A stretch of 64,000 bases of DNA from an uncultured Gemmatimonadales bacterium (GTDB lineage Bacteria; Gemmatimonadota; Gemmatimonadetes; Longimicrobiales; Longimicrobiaceae), in the NCBI GenBank assembly GCA_963716255.1, contig OY970303.1, positions 6,112,001-6,176,000 of the forward strand, in the 5' to 3' direction. The stretch's first letter is position 1. The number at the start of each line of letters is the position of its first letter. Under the pieces are notes generated by a model that did no database searches, was not told the DNA's origin, and was given only the letters and a program-made list of their open reading frames with translations. The translations under genes were made by a program, and so were the position numbers. Positions 1 through 10,154 of this stretch are shown here, piece after piece.

Positions 1-251
1 CGGTCGACGCGCAGGGAGGCGATCCGCAGGCAGCTCGCCGAGTCCCGTCCCACGGTCCAGCTGACACGCACCGATGCCTTTTTGCTCTCCGGCCCCACCG
101 GTACGGTGTCCGAATACGCCGCGCCCGGCACGGGTGCGAGCCGCACACCCGGCTCGGGTGCCTGGTACAGGGGCATCTGCGCTTTCTGGACCTCCCCCCC
201 GCAGCCGGCGGCGAGGAGCGCCACGGCCGCGCAGGCCACGAGCATCTTCAT
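1..251 (-). CDS. Putative lipoprotein, 3' end outside the window
   Basis: Read manually: ATG at 251 gives MKMLVACAAVALLAAGCGGEVQKAQ..., with a hydrophobic signal and LAAGC lipobox; open to the window edge. Confidence 0.65.
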   Translation of the reverse strand, partial: MKMLVACAAVALLAAGCGGEVQKAQMPLYQAPEPGVRLAPVPGAAYSDTVPVGPESKKASVRVSWTVGRDSASCLRIASLRVD

Positions 252-330
252 GGTTCCCCCGGAAGTGAAGGCGAGTGCGCCGCTGCGAGCTCGTGACCGG
301 CCCCGGTGCCGGGGAGCACTTCGTTTCGGG

Positions 331-1134
331 TCACACATCCGCCGGCCACTGCCCGTCGAAGGCCACCACGCGGGCGAACGCCGCCTCGCCGCCCTGGAAC
401 TTCCAGGGGAAGCAGCCGATGACCAGCCTGCGGTTCTGGATCTCCGGGGCGCTGATCTCGCCGCCCAGGTTCTCGATGTGCATGCAGTTGTGGCCGAACA
501 GCCTGTTGTGCGTGAGCTGGTAGTCCTCGTCCGGGAAGAGGCGCGCCACCTCCTCCGGCCCGCCGAACTTGGCCTCCGCCGCGGCGCGCACGCGGTCGCA
601 GTGGCCGTGCATCCCCTTGCCCAGGAAGCGGCCGATGGGCAGGTCCATGGGGTGGTCGGTGCTGACCACGTCCACCCCCCAGATGTGGATCTCCTTTTCC
701 AGCAGCCAGGGCACCATGTCCGGGTGCGCCCCGGGGTGCATGTGGATGTACTTCTCCTCGTCCGCCTCGTCGCCCCACTGCGCGTAGCGGTGCCAGCCGG
801 TGTGCAGGATCAGGCGGTCGCCCTTCCGCACCTCCACCCGGTCCTCGATCATCTTTGGCGTATACAGCGCCAGCTCGTCCATCTCGTCCGTGAGGTCCAC
901 CACCACGCCGGGTCCGCACAGCCACTCCATGGGGATCTGGTCGATGGTCATCCCCTTGGTCACGAAGTGGCGCGGGGCGTCCAGGTGGGTGCCCATGTGG
1001 TTGCTGGTCATGATGTACTGCGCGTTGACCCCGTGCTCCGCCTTGCGCTTGATGTACTTCACCTCGAAGGGCGGGTAGTACGGCCAGAACGGCGCCTGCT
1101 CGTTCAGCGGCTGCGACAGGTCGTAGATTTTCAT
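331..1134 (-). CDS. Cyclase family metal-dependent hydrolase (kynurenine formamidase-like)
   Basis: MKIYDLSQPL start, HMGTHLDAPRHF (HxGTHxDAP) motif, ILHTGW, GVD and HIENL motifs; the longer ORF-track N-terminus comes from the upstream repeat. Confidence 0.9.
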   Translation of the reverse strand: MKIYDLSQPLNEQAPFWPYYPPFEVKYIKRKAEHGVNAQYIMTSNHMGTHLDAPRHFVTKGMTIDQIPMEWLCGPGVVVDLTDEMDELALYTPKMIEDRVEVRKGDRLILHTGWHRYAQWGDEADEEKYIHMHPGAHPDMVPWLLEKEIHIWGVDVVSTDHPMDLPIGRFLGKGMHGHCDRVRAAAEAKFGGPEEVARLFPDEDYQLTHNRLFGHNCMHIENLGGEISAPEIQNRRLVIGCFPWKFQGGEAAFARVVAFDGQWPADV

Positions 1135-1181
1135 TCGGGTGTCTGCGGTTCCGGGTGTGGTGAAGGCAACTGCTGAACTGC

Positions 1182-1320
1182 CGGGTTCGGGCGTGCCCCC
1201 GGCTGACGCCGGGGTCGGGCTTCGGCTCCGTAAGCCAGCAAACAACGCTGGCTAACGGAGTCGAGCCCCCGCGAAACTGCCCGCGGGGTCTCGCCCCTTC
1301 GGGCCGAAATCCCTCACGCG
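1182..1320 (+). repeat. Structured intergenic repeat family A, copy 1
   Basis: GGTTCGGGCGTG...TCGGGCTTCGG...CCGAAATCCCTCACGCG; near-identical scaffold at 16443, 32877 and 57890. Confidence 0.9.
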
Positions 1321-1372
1321 ACTGCCGTCTCATGCGACTGCGAACTGCGCGCCAGGCGGTCGCTGCGTGCGG

Positions 1373-2728
1373 TCAGCTGCCCGGCGGCACCTCCTCCTCG
1401 CCGGCGAGGGTGGCGAGCGGCTCGGCGCGGAACATCACCTGGGGGCCGTCCACGGCGAGGTGCCATACGGGCGCGCCGTCGGGCGTGACCTCGTAGACCT
1501 CGATGGGGCCGGAGGCGCCCGCGAGCCCCGCGCTCGTCCCGAAGCCCACCAGCGTGTTGCCGCCGGGGAGCCGGCGCGCCGAGCTGACGACGGCGGCGAA
1601 GTTGGGGCGCGCGGGGCGCCACTCCCACACCCGCCGCGCCGCGGGCCCGGTGATGTCGAATTCCACCGCGCGGGACGTGCCACCCTGCTCGTGGCGGTTG
1701 TCGAACATCACCACCCGCCCCGGCGCGACCTCGCGCGCCGTGTGCTGCCCGGTGAACTCCTCGCCCGCCGGCACGGGGATGGTCGCGTTCACCCCGCCCA
1801 TGCGCCACTCCACCGGCCCCCAGCCGGGCGCGACCGAGAACACCTGGTTCCAGTAGTGCACGCTCACCAGCAGGTTGCCGCGCGGGCCCAGGGCGAGGGC
1901 GTTGGCGTGAAGCCACTCGCCGCCCTGGCCGTGGCGGGGGCCGCGGTCGCGCTCCGGCGAGAAGTGGTCCCACGACGTCCACCGCCGCGCCAGCGTCCCC
2001 GCCTCCGGCGACCACTCCCACACCGCGTCCCCCAGGAGCGAGACCCCGCCCGCGGGGCGCCGGTCGAAGGCGATCACCAGCAGCGTGTTGTCCGGGGTCG
2101 CGATCACGTCGTGGTGCATCTCGCCGCGCGCGCCGTCCTGCGCCAGCTCGCGCACCACGGCGCCGGCGGGCGTCACCTCCACCAGCCCCCGCAGCTGGTC
2201 CAGGAAGACGAAGTCGCCGTTCGCGCGCCGCGCCGTCCCGTAGGCCACGCCCTGGCCGCGCCAGTACCACACCACCTCCCCCGTGGCGTCCACCGCCACC
2301 TGCCCCCGGAAGCCGTCCGGCCGGAACACGGCGAGCAGCACCAGCGGCGTCGTGGGCGTGCCCGTGGCCGCGAGCCGCAGCTGCGCCAGCTCCGCCGGCA
2401 GCGGCGCCGTGGCGAAGGTCCCCTCGCGGTCCGTCCCCCGGATCCGCCACGTGTACGTGCGCCCCGCGCGCAGCCGCGCCAGCAGCATCGCGTGCGACGC
2501 GGCGCGCGGCGAGCGGACGCGCAGCCGCGGCCCCTCCCCGCTCCAGTAGTCCACCACCAGCGAGTCCGCCCGGGCCAGCTCCACCTCCAGCGTCCGCGCC
2601 AGCGGCCCCGCTTCCGCCACCGCCGCCGCCGTCACCTCCGGCCGGCGCGCGTCCGTGACGCCGTCGCACCCTGCCGCCAGCGCGGCCAGGAGCGGCAGCC
2701 ACGCGGGCGCGAGCCGGCGCGGTCTCAC
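1373..2728 (-). CDS. Arylsulfotransferase (ASST)-like beta-propeller lipoprotein
   Basis: GTG start overlapping the NCS1 stop, LAAGC lipobox, motifs MHHD, WLHANA, GQH and MFDN. Confidence 0.75.
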   Translation of the reverse strand: MRPRRLAPAWLPLLAALAAGCDGVTDARRPEVTAAAVAEAGPLARTLEVELARADSLVVDYWSGEGPRLRVRSPRAASHAMLLARLRAGRTYTWRIRGTDREGTFATAPLPAELAQLRLAATGTPTTPLVLLAVFRPDGFRGQVAVDATGEVVWYWRGQGVAYGTARRANGDFVFLDQLRGLVEVTPAGAVVRELAQDGARGEMHHDVIATPDNTLLVIAFDRRPAGGVSLLGDAVWEWSPEAGTLARRWTSWDHFSPERDRGPRHGQGGEWLHANALALGPRGNLLVSVHYWNQVFSVAPGWGPVEWRMGGVNATIPVPAGEEFTGQHTAREVAPGRVVMFDNRHEQGGTSRAVEFDITGPAARRVWEWRPARPNFAAVVSSARRLPGGNTLVGFGTSAGLAGASGPIEVYEVTPDGAPVWHLAVDGPQVMFRAEPLATLAGEEEVPPGS

Positions 2729-4200
2729 CCCGCCCCCGTCGCGGCGGGCGCCGGGCGCGCCTCCGCCGCGGGAGCCGGGCGCATGAGCGCGTAGTAGACC
2801 GCGAGCGACACCAGCGTGGCCGAGAACCACGCCCCGTCGAACAGGAAGCGCAGGCCGGGCGCCGCCAGCCCCACCAGCGCCACCCCCACCCCGGCGGCGA
2901 GGGCGACCAGGGCACGCGGGTTGACGCCGTCGCGGTAGCGGTAGGGACCGTGCTCGTCGTACAGGCCGCGCACGTCCAGGCGGCCGCGGCGCACCAGCGC
3001 GTAGTCGCACAGGATCACGCCGCCCACCGCGCCCAGCAGCCCGCCGTAGGTGAGGAGCCACCCCTGGTACAGGTCCAGCAGCTTCCAGGGAAAGATCAGC
3101 AGCCCCGTGACGGCGGCGATCACGCCCCCCGCGCGGAAGGTGATGCGCCGCGGCGCCAGGTTGGCGAGCGTGAAGGCCGGGGAAACGATGTTGGCGGCGA
3201 TGTTGGTGGTCAGCGTCGCCACGGCGATCACCACCATGGACACGATCCCCAGCCAGGCGCTCCCCCCCTCGCGCGTCAGCCGCGCCACCAGCTCCACCGG
3301 GTTCCAGATCGCCTCGCCGTACACCACGACGGTCGCGCCCGTCACGGCGATGCCGATGAAGGCGAAGAGCGGCATCGTCGTCAGGAGCCCCAGCGCCTGG
3401 CCCACCGTCTGGTCTCGCTGGCTGCGGGCGTAGCGCGTGAAGTCGCTGATGTTGAGCGAGAGCGTGGCCCAGTACCCCACCATCGCCGTCACCCAGGGGA
3501 GGAAGACGCCCAGGGTGAACCCGCTGCCGGGCCCGCCGCTCCCGGCGGAAAGCGAGTCCGCGCCGGCCAGCATCCGCCCCCACCCGCCGGACGCCGCCGC
3601 CCCCCACCAGAGCAGCGCCAGCCCCGCCGCGATCAGCAGCGGCGCGGAGATCGTTTCCAGCCAGCGGATCCCCTCCGTGCCCTTGTACACGAACCACAGG
3701 TTCAGCGCCCAGAAGAGGAGGAAGGCCAGGTACTGCGGCGCCCCGTGCCCCATGAGCGTCCACCCGCCGCCCAGCCGCGCCCAGCCGGGCCACAGCGTCG
3801 CCAGGATCACGTCGATCGCCATCCCGCCCACCCACGTCTGGATCCCGAACCAGCCGCACGCCACCACCGCGCGCAGCACGGCCGGGATGTGCGCCCCCCG
3901 CGTGCCGAACGAGGCGCGCGCGTACACGGGGAAGGGGATCCCGTAGCGGGTCCCGGCGTGCGCGTTGACCACCAGCGGCACCCACACGATGGCGTTGCCC
4001 AGCAGCACGGCCAGCAGCGCCAGCCGCCAGCCGAGCCCCGCCTGGATCATCCCCGCGGCCAGCATGTAGCTGGGGATGCACACGCTCATCCCCACCCACA
4101 GCGACGCGATGTGCCACAGGTTCCAGGTGCGCTGCTCCGGCGGCGTGGGCGCCAGGTCCGGGCTCGTCAGCGCCCCGGCGGGGAGATCCGCGGTGCTCAC
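2725..4200 (-). CDS. NCS1 family nucleobase:cation symporter
   Basis: DLAPT..RTW, GTRYGIPFPV..RASFG, WFGIQ, LNISDFTRY and NIAANIVSP motifs; many TM segments. Confidence 0.92.
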   Translation of the reverse strand: MSTADLPAGALTSPDLAPTPPEQRTWNLWHIASLWVGMSVCIPSYMLAAGMIQAGLGWRLALLAVLLGNAIVWVPLVVNAHAGTRYGIPFPVYARASFGTRGAHIPAVLRAVVACGWFGIQTWVGGMAIDVILATLWPGWARLGGGWTLMGHGAPQYLAFLLFWALNLWFVYKGTEGIRWLETISAPLLIAAGLALLWWGAAASGGWGRMLAGADSLSAGSGGPGSGFTLGVFLPWVTAMVGYWATLSLNISDFTRYARSQRDQTVGQALGLLTTMPLFAFIGIAVTGATVVVYGEAIWNPVELVARLTREGGSAWLGIVSMVVIAVATLTTNIAANIVSPAFTLANLAPRRITFRAGGVIAAVTGLLIFPWKLLDLYQGWLLTYGGLLGAVGGVILCDYALVRRGRLDVRGLYDEHGPYRYRDGVNPRALVALAAGVGVALVGLAAPGLRFLFDGAWFSATLVSLAVYYALMRPAPAAEARPAPAATGAG

Positions 4201-5078
4201 GGCACGGTCGCCGCGCGGGCGCGCTCGAAGGCGCGCGGGAGGACGCGGCGCACCAGCACCCCGGCGAGCTGGCGGCGGTACGCGGCGGAGGCGTGGATGT
4301 CGGCGGGGGGATCGATCTCGCGCTCCACGGCGTCGGCGGCGGCGCGGACGGCGGCGTCCGTGGGCTCGGCGCCCAGCAGCGCGGCGGCCGCCCCCCCGGC
4401 CAGCACCGGCCCCTCGCCCACGCTCAGCAGCGCGATGCGCGCGCCGCTGCACCGTCCGGCCGCGTCCAGCACCACCGTCGCGGCCACCCCGGCGAGCGCG
4501 TAGTCGCCGTGGCGGCGCGACACCTCGCCGAAGGCCCAGCCGCTCCCCGGCGCCGGCGCGGCAATCTCCACCTCCGTCAGCAGCTCGTCCGGCTCCAGCG
4601 CCGTGCCGAAGAGCCCGGTGAAGAACTCCCCCGCACTCACCGTGCGGCTTCCGCCCGGTCCGCGCAGGTGGAAACGGGCGTCCAGCGCCAGCATCACGGC
4701 CGGGATCTCGGCCGCGGGATCCGCGTGGGCGATGCTGCCGCCCACCGTGCCGCGGTTGCGGATCTGCGGGTGGGCCACGAAGGGGAGCGTTTCCACCAGG
4801 AGCGGCGCCCCCCGCGCCACCCCCGGGCTGCGCTCCGCGGCGCGCTGCCGGGTCATGGCGCCCATCCGCAGCACGCCGCCCTCCTCGCGCAGCTCCGCGA
4901 GCCCCGCCACCCGCTCCAGGTCGATGAGCACCGCCGGCAGCGCCAGGCGGAAGTTCATCGCGGGGACCAGGCTCTGCCCGCCGGCGAGCAGCTTGGCGTC
5001 GGGGCCGTGCTGCGCCAGCAGCCCCGTCACCTCGTCCACGGTGGCGGGGCGGTGGTACTCGAACGGGGCGGGCTTCAC
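4197..5078 (-). CDS. Xanthine dehydrogenase family FAD-binding subunit (CoxM-like)
   Basis: KPAPFEYHRP, LAGGQSL and QIRNRGTVGGSIAHADP motifs. Confidence 0.92.
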   Translation of the reverse strand: MKPAPFEYHRPATVDEVTGLLAQHGPDAKLLAGGQSLVPAMNFRLALPAVLIDLERVAGLAELREEGGVLRMGAMTRQRAAERSPGVARGAPLLVETLPFVAHPQIRNRGTVGGSIAHADPAAEIPAVMLALDARFHLRGPGGSRTVSAGEFFTGLFGTALEPDELLTEVEIAAPAPGSGWAFGEVSRRHGDYALAGVAATVVLDAAGRCSGARIALLSVGEGPVLAGGAAAALLGAEPTDAAVRAAADAVEREIDPPADIHASAAYRRQLAGVLVRRVLPRAFERARAATVP

Positions 5079-5539
5079 GCGCCCTCCGCCAGGCGCCGCT
5101 CCAGCTCGCCCCCCAGCGCGTTCAGGCCGCGCTGCGTCATCATCTTCGCCACCTGGTCGATGAGCCGCTGCCCCACGCCCGCCACCTTTCCGCCCACCTG
5201 CAGGTCGGCGTGGTAGCGCATTCGCGTCGCGCCCCCGCCGTCCGCCTCCGCCAGGTCCACCGTCGCCGAGCCGCGGGTGAAGCCGATGGGCCCCTTGCTG
5301 TCCACCTGCATCACGTAGTGCTCCGGGGCGACCCGGTCCTCCAGCGTCACGGACAGCTTCCACTCCGCCGCGGTGACCGGGCCCACGCCCACGCGGATGG
5401 AGCCCTCGTACGCGCCGTCGCCCACCAGCGCCAGCTTCGCCGCGCCGGGCATGGCCTTGGACAGCACCTCGGGGTCCTGCAGCAGCGCCCAGACGACCTC
5501 CCGCGGGCCGGGGAAGACGTGTTCTCCGTCCACGATCAT
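5075..5539 (-). CDS. CoxG/SRPBCC family accessory protein
   Basis: VWALLQDPEVL..AMPG and VGGKVAGVGQRLI motifs; position within a cox-like operon. Confidence 0.85.
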   Translation of the reverse strand: MIVDGEHVFPGPREVVWALLQDPEVLSKAMPGAAKLALVGDGAYEGSIRVGVGPVTAAEWKLSVTLEDRVAPEHYVMQVDSKGPIGFTRGSATVDLAEADGGGATRMRYHADLQVGGKVAGVGQRLIDQVAKMMTQRGLNALGGELERRLAEGA

Positions 5540-7905
5540 CGCTGGGCCTCCTGGAGGTGGGGAAGGGGAGCGCCCGGGGCGGCGCGGATCAGGTCGAAGA
5601 GCTGGTCGGGGCTCAGCGGGATCTCGGTGATCTCCACGCCGAGGTCGGAAAGGGCATCCTCCACCGCCTGCGCGAAGGCCGCGCCGGCGGGGATCGCCCC
5701 GGCCTCGCCCACGCCCTTGAGCCCCAGCGGGTTCATGGGCGCCGGGGTCTCCATGTGCGCCATCTCCACGCGGGGCACGTCCATGGCGGTGGGGAGGAGG
5801 TAGTCCATGAACGAGGCGTTCTGGAGCTGCCCCTGGTCGTCGTACACCAGCTTCTCGTAGAAGGCGTTGCCGATCCCGTGGGCCACGCCGCCCTGCACCT
5901 GCCCCTCCACCAGCTGCGGGTTGATGAGGCGCCCGCAGTCGTGCACCACCACGTAGCGCAGGATCTCCACCATGGCCGTCTCCGGGTCCACCTCCACCAC
6001 CATGGCGTGCACCCCGCTGGCGGTGCTCCCGTGGTCCGGGCCGAAGTACGCCGTGGCCTCCAGCCCCGGCTCCGTCCCCGGCTTCACCGCGCCGCGCAGC
6101 GGGTTGGCGTGGCTGGCCAGCTCGCCCAGCGACAGCGAGCGCTCCGGGACGCCGCGCACGGCCACGCGCCCGTCGGCCAGGTCGATCTGCTCCTCGTCGG
6201 CGCCCAGCACGCGGGCGGCCATGGCCAGGATCTTTTCCCGCACTTTGACCGCGGCGGCATGGCAGGCGCTCCCCGCCACCACCGCGCCGCGGCTGGCGAA
6301 GGTCCCCGTCCCCCACCCGAACTCGCGCGTGTCCCCGGTCACCACGTGCACCAGTTCCACGTCCACGTCCAGCGCCTCGGCCACGATCTGCGCGAAGGCG
6401 GTGTAGTGCCCCTGCCCCTGCGTCCCCAGCCCGGTCGCCACGCGCACCCGGCCGCTGGGGTCCACCGTCACGCGCGCGCCCTCGTACGGCCCGATCCCCG
6501 TCCCCTCGATGTACGACACCACGCCCACCCCCACCCGCCGCCCCTCGGCGCGCAGGCGCAGCTGCTCCTCGCGCAGCTGGTCGTAGCCGATCATGCGCAC
6601 CGCCGTTTCCAGCGCCGGCAGGTAGTTGCCGCTGTCGTAGTAGAGCGGGGCGAAGTCCTGGTAGAGGATGTCGAAGTTCTTGGGGAAGAGCTCCGCGCCC
6701 AGGTAGTTGCGCCTGCGGATCTCCACCGGGTCCATCCCCAGCTCCCGCGCCGCGATGTCCAGCAGCCGCTCCATCACGAACACGCCGTGCTGGCGCCCGG
6801 CCCCGCGCACCGGCGTGACGATGGTCTTGTTGGTGAAGACCGCGCGGAACTCGCTGTGATAGGCCGGGACGTCGTACGGCCCCAGGAGCGTGCACTGGCT
6901 GTTGATGGGGATGGTGAGGCCGTACGGGTCGTAGGCCCCGCAGTCGTGCAGGAAGGTGTCGTGGATTCCCAGGATGCGCCCGTCGCGGTCCAGCGCCATC
7001 TCCGCCTCGTGCACCTGCCCGCGCTCCTGGGTGGTGGCGAAGAAGTTCTCCTGGCGGTCCTCGGTCCATTTCACCGGGCGCCCCAGCCGCATGGCCGCCC
7101 AGGGGACCAGCAGCTCCTCCGGGTAGAACATCATGATCTTGGGCCCGAAGCCGCCCCCCACGAAGGGCGCCACCACCCGCACCTGCGACTCCAGCAGCCC
7201 CAGCATCCGCGCCAGCCCGTTGCGGATGGGGATGGGCGCCTGCGTGGTGTCCCACACGGTGAGGTCCACCCCCAGCGGGTCCCACACGGCGGCCACCGCG
7301 CGGTTTTCCATGGCGGCGGCGGCGCCCCGGTCGTACAGGAAGCGGCGGGCGATCACCACGTCCGCCGCGTCGCGGGCCCGCCGGTAGTCGCCGTGCCGCT
7401 GCACCACCCGGGCGGCCATGTTGGTCCCGAAGCGCTCGTGCACCAGCGGCGCGTCCTCCGCCAGCGCGGCCTCCAGGTCCACCACCGCGTCCAGCGGCTC
7501 GTAGTCCACCACGATGTCGGCGAGCGCGTCCTCCGCCACGTAGCGGCTTGCCGCCACCACCATGGCGATGGGCTCGCCCACGTGGCGCACCTTGTCCTTC
7601 GCCAGCGGGACCTGCGTGGCCTCGTGGAAGACGATCCCCTCCACGGGCGGTGGCGGGACCAGGAGCGGGCCCGGGCACCAGTAGTCGCCCAGGTCCTCCG
7701 CCGTGTACACCGCCACCACGCCGGGGCGCTCCAGCGCCGCCGACGCGTCCACGCCGCGCAGCAGGGCGTGCGCGTGGTCGCTGCGCAGAAAGGCCACGTG
7801 CAGCATCCCGGGGAGCTGCACGTCGTCCACGAACAGCGCGTGGCCCGTGAGGAGCCGGTGGTCTTCGTTCCGCTTGACCCGCTCGCCTACGTACCTTCGC
7901 GTCAC
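5536..7905 (-). CDS. Xanthine dehydrogenase family molybdopterin-binding subunit (CoxL-like, not form I CODH)
   Basis: VGGGFGPK, QGQGH, GTFASRG, VHDCG..INP and KGVGEAG motifs; active-site loop reads PVRGAGR. Confidence 0.93.
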   Translation of the reverse strand: MTRRYVGERVKRNEDHRLLTGHALFVDDVQLPGMLHVAFLRSDHAHALLRGVDASAALERPGVVAVYTAEDLGDYWCPGPLLVPPPPVEGIVFHEATQVPLAKDKVRHVGEPIAMVVAASRYVAEDALADIVVDYEPLDAVVDLEAALAEDAPLVHERFGTNMAARVVQRHGDYRRARDAADVVIARRFLYDRGAAAAMENRAVAAVWDPLGVDLTVWDTTQAPIPIRNGLARMLGLLESQVRVVAPFVGGGFGPKIMMFYPEELLVPWAAMRLGRPVKWTEDRQENFFATTQERGQVHEAEMALDRDGRILGIHDTFLHDCGAYDPYGLTIPINSQCTLLGPYDVPAYHSEFRAVFTNKTIVTPVRGAGRQHGVFVMERLLDIAARELGMDPVEIRRRNYLGAELFPKNFDILYQDFAPLYYDSGNYLPALETAVRMIGYDQLREEQLRLRAEGRRVGVGVVSYIEGTGIGPYEGARVTVDPSGRVRVATGLGTQGQGHYTAFAQIVAEALDVDVELVHVVTGDTREFGWGTGTFASRGAVVAGSACHAAAVKVREKILAMAARVLGADEEQIDLADGRVAVRGVPERSLSLGELASHANPLRGAVKPGTEPGLEATAYFGPDHGSTASGVHAMVVEVDPETAMVEILRYVVVHDCGRLINPQLVEGQVQGGVAHGIGNAFYEKLVYDDQGQLQNASFMDYLLPTAMDVPRVEMAHMETPAPMNPLGLKGVGEAGAIPAGAAFAQAVEDALSDLGVEITEIPLSPDQLFDLIRAAPGAPLPHLQEAQR

Positions 7906-7942
7906 TGTGCCTTCCCGGGTTCGGGGTTCCGGCGGGTGCGGC

Positions 7943-8425
7943 TCAGGAGGCTGCCGTCCGCTCCGAGGCGAGGCGGACGGCCTCCACGATGTTCTGGTAG
8001 CCCGTGCAGCGGCAGAGGTTGCCGGAGATGGCCTCGCGGATCTCCTGCTCGCTGGGGGCGGGGTTGTCGCGGAGAAAGGGGACCAGCGTCATCAGGAACC
8101 CCGGCGTGCAGAAGCCGCACTGCAGGCCGTGGGCGTCGCGGAAGGCTTCCTGGAGCGGGTGGAGCGGGCCCTCGGCGGGGGCCAGCCCCTCCACGGTGCT
8201 CAGCTCGTGCCCGTCGGCCTGCACGGCGAAGACCAGGCAGGAGCGCACGCTCTCGCCGTCCATCAGCACCGTGCAGGCGCCGCAGACGCCGTGCTCGCAC
8301 CCCACGTGCGTGCCGGTGAGGCCGATCTCGTGCCGCAGGAAGTCGCTGAGGAGGAGGCGGGGCTCCACGGCGCGCTGGTAGGTCGCGCCGTTGACGGCCA
8401 CCGAGATGTCGACGGGGAGGGTCAC
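7943..8425 (-). CDS. (2Fe-2S)-binding subunit (CoxS-like)
   Basis: GCEHGVCGACTV, QCGFCTPG and NLCRCTGY motifs. Confidence 0.95.
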   Translation of the reverse strand: MTLPVDISVAVNGATYQRAVEPRLLLSDFLRHEIGLTGTHVGCEHGVCGACTVLMDGESVRSCLVFAVQADGHELSTVEGLAPAEGPLHPLQEAFRDAHGLQCGFCTPGFLMTLVPFLRDNPAPSEQEIREAISGNLCRCTGYQNIVEAVRLASERTAAS

Positions 8426-8546
8426 GGGCGCCGAGCTCCGTGGCGAGGGAAAGTGCGGCCCGGGCCGGGCGGGGGAACAGGTGATAGGGGTAGAGTAGTG
8501 CCGTCCCCCGGGCCCGGCAAGAAACTCCGCGGGTGCAGGGCCGCGG

Positions 8547-10154
8547 CTACGGGTTCTTCGCTTCGGTGACCATCCGCTCCACGTCCGCCAGCAGGCGCTT
8601 CGCGTCGTACACGATCCCGTCCTTGATGGTGTACTTCACTCCGCCCACCGTGGTGGGCCGGTTGGTGGCGTCGTCCAGGCGGAAGTGCCCGGTGCCGTAC
8701 AGCACCTTGAGGTTGTTCACCGGGTTCTGGTCCACGATCACCAGGTCCGCCAGCATCCCCGGGCGGATCATGCCGAACTCCGGGGCGCGCCCCCTGGGCC
8801 GGCTCAATTCCTCGGCGCCGCACAGGGTGCCGGCGCGGATCGCCTCCAGCGGGTGGAAGCCCGCCTCCTGGAGCAGTTCCAGCTCGCGGATGAAGCCGAA
8901 ACCGTACAGCTGGAAGATGAACCCCGAGTCCGACCCCGCGCACACCTGCCCGCCGCGGTTCTTGAAGTCGTTCACGAACGCCATCCACAGGCGGTAGTTC
9001 TCGCGCCAGTCGATCTCGTTCTGCGTGGTCCAGTCGAACCAGTAGGAGCCGTGCGCCTCGCGGCTGGGCTGGTAGAACGCCCACAGCGACGGCAGCGTGT
9101 ACCGGTCGTGCCACTCGGCGCGGCGGGCGCGCATCAGGTCGCGGCTGGCCTCGTAGATGTTGAAGGTGGGGTCGATGACGAAGCCCAGCTTCACCAGCTC
9201 GTCGATGGTTTCGTTCCAGCGCGGGCTCCCCGGCGCCGCGGCCTGCCTCCACAGGCGCCCCGCCTCGCCGAAGCGGTGCGACTCGTCCAGGAAGTTGTAG
9301 TCCAGCGGGTACTCCTGCACCCGCCGGTCGGTGAAGAGCGACTCCGGGAGGCCGTACCAGTGCTGGAGCGACCCCAGCCCCACCCGCGCCGCGTCCAGCG
9401 CGTTCATCCGCGCCACCCCCGTCTGCGCCAGGTGCGCCGTGGTGCCGATGTGCTGCTTCCTCGCCTCGTCGATCAGCGCCGTCATCACCTCGGGGTCGTA
9501 GTACTGGCCCAGCCCCAGCTTGAGCCCGTCCACCCCCCGCCGCGCCGCCCAGCGCACGTACTCCCGCGCCAGCTCCGGCGAGGTCACGGCCCCGCGGTCC
9601 CACCCCAGCCCCGGGACCACGTACGAGAAGATGCGCGGCGCCACGATCTGGTTGCGCGCGCTCCGCTCCCGCTCGCGCAGCGTCCAGTCCACCCCGTTCC
9701 CGGAGCCCGGGTCGCGGATCGTGGTGATGCCGTGCGCCAGCCACAGCTTGTACACGTACTCCGCCGGCGTCCCCTGCGCCACGCCGCCGATGTGTCCGTG
9801 AACGTCCACGAACCCCGGGAGCACGTACATCCCCGTGGCGTCGATCTCGCGCGTTCCCGCGGCCGGGCGCCCCTGCGGCCGCACCGGCACCCCGGGGAAG
9901 CCCACGATGTCGAAGTCCGCGATGCGGTTCCCCTCCACCACGATGTCCACCGGGCCCAGCGGCGGCGCGCCCGTGCCGTCGATCAGCGTGGCGCCGCGGA
10001 TCACCAGCCGCGCGTAGGGGCCCTCCCCCTCGCCGGGGCGGCGGTCGGGCGCGGGCCGGATCGCGCTCTGCGCCGCGAGCGGCGCGGCGTGCGCGGAGGC
10101 GAGCAGGGCGAGGGCGGCGGCGAGCAGGGTCCGGCGAGCGGCGAGCGGCGGCAT
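8547..10154 (-). CDS. Secreted amidohydrolase family protein
   Basis: Signal peptide, LPGFVDVHGH, GITTIRDPG, AGSD and GMIRPGMLADLVIV motifs. Confidence 0.85.
   Translation of the reverse strand: MPPLAARRTLLAAALALLASAHAAPLAAQSAIRPAPDRRPGEGEGPYARLVIRGATLIDGTGAPPLGPVDIVVEGNRIADFDIVGFPGVPVRPQGRPAAGTREIDATGMYVLPGFVDVHGHIGGVAQGTPAEYVYKLWLAHGITTIRDPGSGNGVDWTLRERERSARNQIVAPRIFSYVVPGLGWDRGAVTSPELAREYVRWAARRGVDGLKLGLGQYYDPEVMTALIDEARKQHIGTTAHLAQTGVARMNALDAARVGLGSLQHWYGLPESLFTDRRVQEYPLDYNFLDESHRFGEAGRLWRQAAAPGSPRWNETIDELVKLGFVIDPTFNIYEASRDLMRARRAEWHDRYTLPSLWAFYQPSREAHGSYWFDWTTQNEIDWRENYRLWMAFVNDFKNRGGQVCAGSDSGFIFQLYGFGFIRELELLQEAGFHPLEAIRAGTLCGAEELSRPRGRAPEFGMIRPGMLADLVIVDQNPVNNLKVLYGTGHFRLDDATNRPTTVGGVKYTIKDGIVYDAKRLLADVERMVTEAKNP

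Noticed and set aside
1135..1333. Recurring peptides such as RSRSPTPASAGGTPEP and REGFRPEGARP in several ORF-track entries
   Set aside because: They are translations of the non-coding family A repeat that extend ORFs artificially; the variation pattern follows base pairing, not codons.
5536..7905. Aerobic CO dehydrogenase
   Set aside because: Lacks the form I AYxCSFR motif; the gene context (NCS1, cyclase) points to heterocycle catabolism.
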